Origin: Octopus vulgaris | Taxonomy: Eukaryota | DNA length: 64,000 nucleotides | Assembly (NCBI GenBank): GCA_951406725.2 | Contig: OX597828.1 | Coordinates: forward strand, 68,510,001 to 68,574,000 | Direction: 5' to 3' | Part shown: piece by piece, positions 54,111 through 64,000 of the stretch | Numbering within the stretch: the stretch's first letter is position 1 | How the letters are laid out: the number at the start of each line of letters is the position of its first letter | Program-made: the position numbers and the translations under genes | Notes under the pieces: model-generated | What the model was told of the DNA's origin: nothing | Databases searched by the model: none | What the model saw: the letters and a program-made list of their open reading frames with translations, nothing else

Positions 54111-55750
54111 GAAACAAAGTTAGGCAAATCAAGTTCACAAAGGCATTCATTCAGTCCTAGACCCAACATGCATGAATTTCTCTAAAAGTATATTTAATTA
54201 ATCAAACATATCAAAAATATATAGATATATAATGATATATAGAGTCATCAATACAATAAAAATATAAATATAAAAATATATAAATATATAGATATAAATA
54301 CAGTGAGAAAATAAATACATATATAGGTCGGCTTACAGTTTATAAAACGAAATCATAAAAAGAGTTGAGAGTCTAGAAGATAAAAAGTTTATGTTAATAA
54401 TCCAGTTAATAATCCTACGGCCGTTTCTTGGGGTCCGGTTGTCCAGTCATATAAATGATTTTTAGATCCATTATTGGACAACACCTCCTTCATCAAGGAA
54501 AAATAAAAATGCCTAAAATGGTTAATATTTACTGCGTTTTCATAATGGGAATTACCTACAGAGTGTTTTTATAGAGCTATATGCAAGAGAACAGTGAGTG
54601 GGAGTGTTTTTGAGTGGTTGGAGGAGGAGATACAATGATTGATATATAAGGGTACTGATGGCTCTATACGTGAAGGGTAAGAGGAGGGGAGTATAGTTTT
54701 ATTTTACAGAAAAAGTTTCAATGGGCATGGAAGCTAGTTCTCAACTCTATCCAGAATCATAATGCATAAATGTTGAGTAAAAGCTATGCTTACAAGAGTA
54801 GATGGCATTGAAAATTAATGTAATATTGAGGAGTTGCGTAATGGGAGAATAATTAATGACTCTTTTAAGCATAATTTGCATTTGCTTATCTTTGTATTGT
54901 AAGGGGGGGCTTCTTTTATTATGGACCAAGCCAGTGTATGTTGTATATTTAGGGATTTAAGATTATGTAACTGATGATGTCGAGAATTTGGATTTTGTCT
55001 TAGTGAAAGAATTTAAGTGAGCTCGATATCGACGCTTAAAATCTGTGGTACTGCCTATATAGGTGTTTGCTTGGTGTTTACCTGGTATTTCTACACGACA
55101 TTTATAAACCACATTTTTTTCGAAGACAAAGACCCCAAGCGGGCATGCATTAGGTAAACGACAATTACAGGTTTTTCTTTTTGTTCTACTATTTATTTTG
55201 GTTGTGTTGTTCCTATTTTTTGGACTAATATGGGGTGCTATACAAGGGTCTAGGTGTGTATTAGTCTGAAGTTGGATTTTACATCTATTAATAGAGGATA
55301 TTATAGATCCAAAGTTTGGTGTAGTGGAGTAAAACAATTTAATGATGTTTTAAAAATAGAGTGGTATCTATGATGCTGCGGAAAGTTGATTTCAGAATTA
55401 AATCAAAATATTTTAGGTAAATATTTAACGCGAAGAGAAAAAAGCGATGCTTACTATAGGATATCTCGTTTTCTAGTCTGAGAATATGCTGTTACATTGG
55501 ACTGGACACGAAGGGGAAATTTATAACTACTATAAATACTGGTTGGCTTATAGTGTGATTTTATGGGTCTGTTTGGTTGATTTGAAATGGGGGCTTTGCT
55601 TATAAGGCTAGGAATTGTTTCGGGGAAGTGATTTGCTATTTTGGTTTTCAGTTCAGTATCACGGATATAGAATATTTTTCTCGAAATCCGCTTAATTGTT
55701 GAGCCTGATTAAAGTAAAGAGCCTGGATATTAAATATTTTCTCATTAGCT
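54110..55750 (-). mobile_element. Penelope-like element 3' part (Naiad-type GIY-YIG endonuclease, 3' UTR/pLTR)
   Basis: ORF 54963-55337 reads CNCRLPNACPL...VVYKCRV...YIGSTTDFKRRYRAHLNSF; downstream HHR; runs into (TA)n. Confidence 0.85.
54413..54499 (-). ncRNA. hammerhead motif in the PLE 3' region (C3U variant)
   Basis: tcc-TTGATGA-...gttgtcca...tggacaac...-GAAAC-ggcc-GTA-gga; palindromic stem III ACGGCCGT. Confidence 0.7.
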
Positions 55751-55757
55751 GAAAATT

Positions 55758-55797
55758 AGAGTGGATTTGGTAGACGGAAACTGAAAGAAGCTTGTCG

Positions 55798-55880
<83 letters not shown>

Positions 55881-56100
55881 ATATGTTTGTGTGTCTGCAT
55901 TTGACCCCACCCAACATCGCTTGACAACTGAAGTTGGTGTGTTTACGTCCCCGTAACTTAGCGGTTCGGCAAAAGAGACCGATAGAATAAGTACTAGGCT
56001 TACAAAGAATAAGTCCTGGGGTCGATTTGCTCGACTAAAGGCGGTGCTCCAGCATGGCCACAGTCAAATGACTGAAACAAGTAAAAGAGTAAAAAGAGTA
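55758..56100 (+). mobile_element. SINE family B, 5'-truncated
   Basis: Consensus match. Confidence 0.88.
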
Positions 56101-56819
56101 AATGAGTGACATTGACTATCAGTGCACCACGCAGACGAGCCATATTTAAATACTCTATCGGCAAAGTATTAAGCTAGTTCACACGACGTTAATGTTCCCT
56201 TTTTATAGATCTCGACAAATAAGTGCAGGCATTGCTGTGTGTTAAAATGTTTGCTTCCTAACTATATGATCCCGGGTTCAGTCCCGCTGTGTGGTACCTT
56301 GGGCAAGTGTATTGTTTCGGACCGACGAAAGCGTTATGAATGGATTTCGTAGAAGGAAACCGAAAGAAGCCCTTCTTATATATATGTACTTGTGTGTGCA
56401 TGTCCGCTTGAAAACCGATGTTGGCGTGCTGATATCCCCGTAACTTAGTTTTCGGCAAATGGGCCCGATCAAATAAATGCCAGGTTTTAATAAATATACC
56501 GGGGTCGATTCATTCGACTAAAAGTCTTCCTGGTGTCCCAGCTTGAACATGGTCTAATGACGGGAGCAAGTAAAAGATAAAAGAAAAGATAAATATAATT
56601 AGAGACTACTAGCCTTATGCAAGGTAAGTCTACATCCAGCAACCGAACATGGAATATACTAAATTGAGCGAAACCTTGCAACCTCTGCACCGCAGAAAGC
56701 ATGAAAATCCTATTACCACGGTTCTACTTTTGAATAAACATTTCTGAATGTTTCTAAGCTTTCATGTACAGAGGTTTTCGAACGAATATGCTGGTGTACT
56801 TTTCATTGTGTATTAGTAG

Positions 56820-57506
56820 TAATGATTTCAAATTTTGGCACAAAGCTAGCAATTTCGGGGGAGTGGGATAGTGGACAAGTTGATTACATTGACCCTAGTG
56901 TTCAACTATCATTTATTTTATCGACCCCGAAAGGATGAAAGGCAAAGTCGACCTCGGTGGAATTTGAACTCAGAACGTAAATTGTGTATTGCTAATAATT
57001 CTTTTTTCTACTCTAGGCACAAGACCCGAAATTTTTGAGGAGGGAGCCAGTCTATTAGATCAACCCCAGTATGCAACTGGTACTTAATTTATCAACCCCG
57101 AAAGGATGACAGGCAAAGTCGACCTCGGTGGAATTTGAACTCAGAACGTAAATTGTGTATTGCTAATAATTCTTTTTTCTACTCTAGGCACAAGACCCGA
57201 AATTTTTGAGGAGGGAGCCAGTCTATTAGATCAACCCCAGTATGCAACTGGTACTTAATTTATCAACCCCGAAAGGATGACAGGCAAAGTCGACCTCGGT
57301 GGAATTTGAACTCAGAACGTAAATTGTGTATTGCTAATAACTCTTCTCTACTCTCGGCACAAGACCCGAAAATTTTGAGGAGGGAGCCAGTCTATTAGAT
57401 CAACACCAGTATGCAACTGGTACTTAATTTATCAACCCCGAAAGGATGACAGGCAAAGTCGACCTCGGTGGAATTTGAACTCAGAACGTAAATTGTGCGC
57501 TGCTAA
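56820..57506 (-). repeat. 171-bp tandem array built from flank, SINE A body and tail
   Basis: attgtg marker at 56981, 57152, 57323 and 57492. Confidence 0.92.
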
Positions 57507-58315
57507 TAATGATTTACTGTTAAATTTATTATATTTTTATATTAATCTTACCAATCTTACATATTCTCATCTGACTGTGTCCCCTTAGGTATTTCTGTTT
57601 CTTTCCATGACTTTACCCGTTACCAAATATTACCTATTACTATATTCTTAAAATACTATTACCGTAACTATATCCTCTACATAATTCATCATAATCCACT
57701 TATTCACTACCTAATCCTTATCTACAAGGCTTCCATTATCGGCACGTATAGTTAAAATCGCACACACATACACACACGCATAAACACACAAATACACACA
57801 CACAACCACACACGTATACACACGCTCTCTCTTTCTCTGCCTGTATGCCTCTCCATACAGCATCTTTATTGCTTAACACTCTGCGACACATCTCTAAATC
57901 TATATAAGCTTAAATGTGTATTACATTTTTATTTTGTTCACCTTACACGTATTGGGCAATAAAATATTATAATGGATTAAGAATTATTGTTGATATTGCT
58001 ATTAGCTTTATCCTATCAGCATATTTTACACACGCCTTTTACCTTCATTATTATTTAAAAGCCTTCTAGAATTTTTTAAACTTTTAAATTTAAATCAAAA
58101 TTAAAACTCTCGGTTATTCACTTTTTTTCTGTTTGACACAAAACGGAACAACTTTTTGCAAACCATGAATTATAAACTGTAAATGATTAAATATTTTAAA
58201 TTAGGGTCACAAACAACAATTCTCATAATCCTTTAAACCCCTTTATTAATGTAATACTAAGAACCAGAGATAATCATGCCTAATTTATATTATAATAAAA
58301 GTTATTAAATCTTTC

Positions 58316-58349
<34 letters not shown>

Positions 58350-58398
58350 TTAATAATAATAATAACAATAACAACAACAACAACAACAACAACAACAA

Positions 58399-58467
<69 letters not shown>

Positions 58468-58899
58468 AAACAACATTCCTTTTGTCTCCTCTTAGTTTTT
58501 AAAAGCTTTAATTTTTAAAGATTTCACCCTTTTCATATAATAGCATTCTCTATTTAATGATTTGATGCTCTTCATTTGATGATGATAATGGTAATGAAGA
58601 TATGATGATGATGATGATGACAACAACTAACTGTCTGTTTTTAGTTTGTAGTCCCATTAATCCGAAGCTCACCTCGGTTGCTATGGTATTTAAGTGATTG
58701 TGATGGACTGCTGTCTCGGTCCATGAACGGCACAACAGTCCATTGCAGAGTTAACTTTCTTCGCCATCGCTGCTGCTTATTCTCAACCGATTGACTGAAG
58801 AAGCAACGTGAAATAAAGGGTCCTTCCGAACGAATGACTGGGTCCTGTAATCGAACCCAGGATCTGATGGTCGTGAAACCAATATTTAATCATTACACG

Positions 58900-59318
58900 T
58901 ATTTCTTTACTACCCACAAGGGGCTAAACACAGAGAAGGGACAAACAAGGACAGACAAACGGATTAAGTCGATTACATCGACCCCAGTGCGTAACTGGTA
59001 CTTAATTTATCGACCCCGAAAGGATGAAAGGCAAAGTCGACCTCGGTGGAATTTGAACCCAGAACGTAACGGCAGACGAAATACGTATTTCTTTATTAGC
59101 CACAAGGGGCTAAACATAGAGGGGACAAACAAGGACAGACAAACGGATTAAGTCGATTACATCGACTCCAGTGCGTAACTGGTACTTAATTTATCTACCC
59201 CGAAAGGATGAAAGGCAAAGTCGACCTCGGCGGAATTTGAACCCAGAACGTAATGGCAGACGAAATACGGCTACGCATTTCGCCCGGCGTGCTAACGATT
59301 CTGCCAGCTCGCCGCCTT
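58900..59318 (-). mobile_element. SINE family A tandem dimer
   Basis: One head and two units; TSD atttaatcatt(a/g)cacg. Confidence 0.9.
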
Positions 59319-59898
59319 AAATTTAATCATTGCACGACGTACCTTCAACTTATTAATTTAAAACGTTTATTTGAAGCTATTTGCAATCGATGGTTCGATA
59401 TTCTTTATCGAGTGATGATCACGAAACTGAAAAGTACGAAATGTACAATTACTCTCTCATTTATTAATTAATTTATTTGCTTAATTGTTTCCTTGATTTT
59501 ACTATTTCCACTTAATTATTTGTTCTTCCTTTACACTTGTTAAGAGGTGCAATCCATTGACTTTGGCAGGTATCTTTCTCTACAAATGCATGTCAAAGCA
59601 ATACTGTTTCATCTTCCTCTCTTACTCTCTCAACCATTCTATTTCCATCCATAACACTGCCATTTCACACACTTCCCAACCACACTGGTTTACTGAAAAA
59701 CAACTACCTGACAGTCAAATGCTACTATTAACCATGACCTTATCTCTTCAAAACCTTTGTATCATGTACGCACACACAAACATTCACACACACATTAACC
59801 TAAACTTCCCTAACGCCAATACTTTCAGTTAACTCTAAGGTGAATAAAACATCAGCCATGTTAGAGCTATCATCGTAATAAAAAAATCGCTATCCCTT

Positions 59899-59954
<56 letters not shown>

Positions 59955-60001
59955 CCCACCTACCTACCTACCTACCTACCTACCTATCTATCTATCTTTT
60001 T

Positions 60002-60066
<65 letters not shown>

Positions 60067-60071
60067 GTCTG

Positions 60072-60151
<80 letters not shown>

Positions 60152-60239
60152 CCCACCTACCTACCTACCTACCTATCTACCTACCTACCTACCTACCTAC
60201 CTACCTACCTACCTACCTACCTATCTATCTATCTTTTTT

Positions 60240-60324
<85 letters not shown>

Positions 60325-60407
60325 TTATCTATCTATCTATGCATGCATGCATGTATCTATGTATGTATGTATGTATGTATGTATGTATGTATGTATGTAT
60401 GTATGTA
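59899..60407. repeat. (TCTA)/(CCTA)/(TATG) compound microsatellite with internal duplication
   Basis: The pattern tcta-cccaccta..-tctttttt occurs twice. Confidence 0.95.
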
Positions 60408-61084
60408 CTCACAAAAATTGTGCATGTTTAACAATAGAACGTTGGCTGGTCCATAAAACTAACTGCTATCCTTAGGAATGCATAGCAATGTTTAAAGTGT
60501 GAAATTAAGACATGCACAACAGTTGAAGGTGAAGTCGGCAAATGTCAACTTAAGAAGATTATATAAAATGCTTGGAGCAATTTTTGAAAGTGCATTACTT
60601 AAAACGGTGGCTTTAATACATAGCTAGATAAAGCATGCATATATATACCTATCTCCCTACCTATATATCTACCTATTTAACTACATATATACATACATGC
60701 ACACATTCTTAGTTGCGTATATACATATATTTCTGCTACTGAATAGTTTTGTATCATAAATATGATAAAGTATGATTCATAATAATAATTATTAAGGCGA
60801 TGGAATAGCAAAAATGATAGGGAGCACGAGTAAATAGCTTCGGTGTTTATGGGACGCACCTGTGTTTTCCCAGTTCAAAACCCAGCAATAAGCTGGTATT
60901 GTTTTTCATTCTTCCTGAGTGCGTTAGTTTAAGGACCAGTCAAATAACTGTCCGGGCTGAAAACATTACACTTAATGTGTTTCGATGCTTAGGCATGAGT
61001 AGGAAACCCGAAGGCCCGACTTTTTGCCCCAAATCCAATTAAAAATATATCTTTAGACGCTACTGTTAGAAAATAATGATAATA

Positions 61085-61510
61085 ATCCTTTCCACTATAG
61101 GCACAAGGCCTGCAATTTTGTAGGGAAAAGAACTAGTCGATGTAATCAACGTGGGTACTCGACTGCTACTTATTTCGTCGACCCCGAAAGGTTGAAAAGC
61201 AAAATCGACTTTGGCGGTATTTGAAATCGGAAGATAAAGACGGACGAAATGTCGCCAAGCATTTTGTCCGATGTGCCAGACCAGTAACTTCGTGGGGACG
61301 ATGTCAGAATCGTTATCATGCCGGACAAAATGCTTAGTGGCATTTCATCTGTCTTTGTGTTCTGAGTTCAAATTCTGCCGAGGTCGACTTTGCCTTTCAT
61401 CCTTTCGGGGTCGATGAAATAAGCACCAGCTGAGCACTGGCCTCGACGTAATCGACTCGAACGCCTCTCCAAAAATTTCGGTCCTTGTCCCTATAATAGA
61501 AAGGGATAAT
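61085..61510. mobile_element. two divergently oriented older SINE A copies
   Basis: Minus copy 61085-61280 and plus copy 61292-61510. Confidence 0.75.
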
Positions 61511-61884
61511 TAGATAAACTCGAGTTAAAATCCAGTTCGGGGTTTTGCACCTGTAATAGTCTGAGTTGGTGATACTCAGTGATTATACTTTTTTCAATGT
61601 ACTAAGATTACAAATGCGTATTTCTTTCCTGTTGATTTCTAGTTTTTTGAATAAGAAGGCAGTAAATTTTAGGGAAAGGCATAAAACGCGTAATCATAAT
61701 GAACTTGAATTAACTGAAAAAAAAAAAGAGCCCAAACTGTAGGTCTTAATCTTGGTTGTTTTCGCTACATTTCAAAGTATTTTTCTTATAATCTTTTAAA
61801 CTTGTTACAAAAGTAGTATATTTCAAGCGATGGGCAACGGGGATTTTCAGATGTTGGACCTGCCCAAAATATTTATGTATTTAT

Positions 61885-61924
<40 letters not shown>

Positions 61925-61926
61925 AT

Positions 61927-62090
61927 GTGACCGCGTGTGTACCGTTGGCGATTTTTTCCTCCGTCTTCCTTTCCTTGGATCTTTCCTTTTCCTATGTTTC
62001 TGACAAAGAGCTCCGCTCGAAACGTTAAATCCTCGTTCTTTCTTTCCTTTCCTGAGCATCCAATAATACTTTACTTGTTCCACGTCCTCT
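61927..62090 (+). mobile_element. short HHR-bearing repeat, copy 3 of 3
   Basis: gtttCTGACAAAGAGCTCCGCTCGAAACGTTAAAT at 61996-62031; follows (CA)n. Confidence 0.75.
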
Positions 62091-62949
62091 TAACGACATA
62101 GCAATGTTGCGTGGTTAAGAAATTTCCTTTGTAACTACATGGCTTCGGGTTCACTCTTATTGTGAGAATCTTAGTAATATACCTTCTAACATAGCCTATA
62201 GTGCTTAGTCAATGCTTTTCAAGGATGTTGGTGACCAGCATGTCGTAAATGAAATTTAGTAAACGAAAACTTTCGAAGTTCATTAGGGTGACTGTTCCTG
62301 ATCTTGTGTAGAAAATTTAATCCTAGTCATTTGGTATTTCTAATATTGTAGTTTGTTGGAAGAACTCGGTAGAGGTCACCGGTCTGACGCTGGTTTCCTC
62401 TTCAATGTAAATCGCCAAAATACAGACAATATGCAAATTCAAATAAGAATCGAAACTGAGGCGCGTCGCGTTGCCACTTTATTGTGGATTTTGTTTGTTT
62501 TACGACAGTCGGTAAATACTTCAATTTTAATAATAGAGTGCCAAAACTTGTCCATAAAATTCATTCTTTTTGACGAAAATCAAGCTTACCGTTTATAGTA
62601 GAAAATCAAATATCTTTTGTCCAAATATCTGCATGTGAAAGGAATTTCATATACATGCAACACAATGAACGTATATACGGCAGGGATATTTTTGTTTTAT
62701 ATTTGGCTGTAGTTAATATAATTTGTCTGATACCACTGCTAAGATTACAGTATTAACTTATCAATGTAGTTCTGATTTTTGATTCACTGAAAAAAAAAAA
62801 AAAAAAAAGAAATCAAAAAGACCCCACATCAATCAAATAATGTCTTTGATAATATGTTTTACAATTACAGCCGAATATTCATTAATTTGGTCCCTGCTTG
62901 CGTATGCTTGGGTCTTTCATTATTTGACTCGTAAAACGATTACTTCTGG

Positions 62950-64000
<1,051 letters not shown>

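Overview
Repeat-dense, AT-rich animal genomic DNA with no recognisable intact host protein-coding gene. The SINE families and microsatellite load suggest an octopus or other coleoid cephalopod (inferred, not verified). Most long ORFs in the track are microsatellite artefacts. The window contains dozens of tRNA-headed SINE copies from at least 4 families and decayed mariner/Tc1, Chapaev3-like, Gypsy, RTE, CR1 and Dong/R4 remnants, plus two Naiad-type Penelope-like (PLE) remnants. Three signals stand out. (1) Short microsatellite-embedded elements carry minimal type-I hammerhead ribozyme (HHR) folds; two are fold-back palindromes with an HHR on each strand, and one HHR lies directly downstream of a PLE GIY-YIG ORF. 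(2) SINE loci repeatedly show a resident copy's body and flank duplicated in tandem with a different 3' tail. (3) One tRNA-like SINE head is joined to six different tails. All coordinates were read by eye and may be off by a few bases; TE family calls rest on recalled motifs, not database searches.
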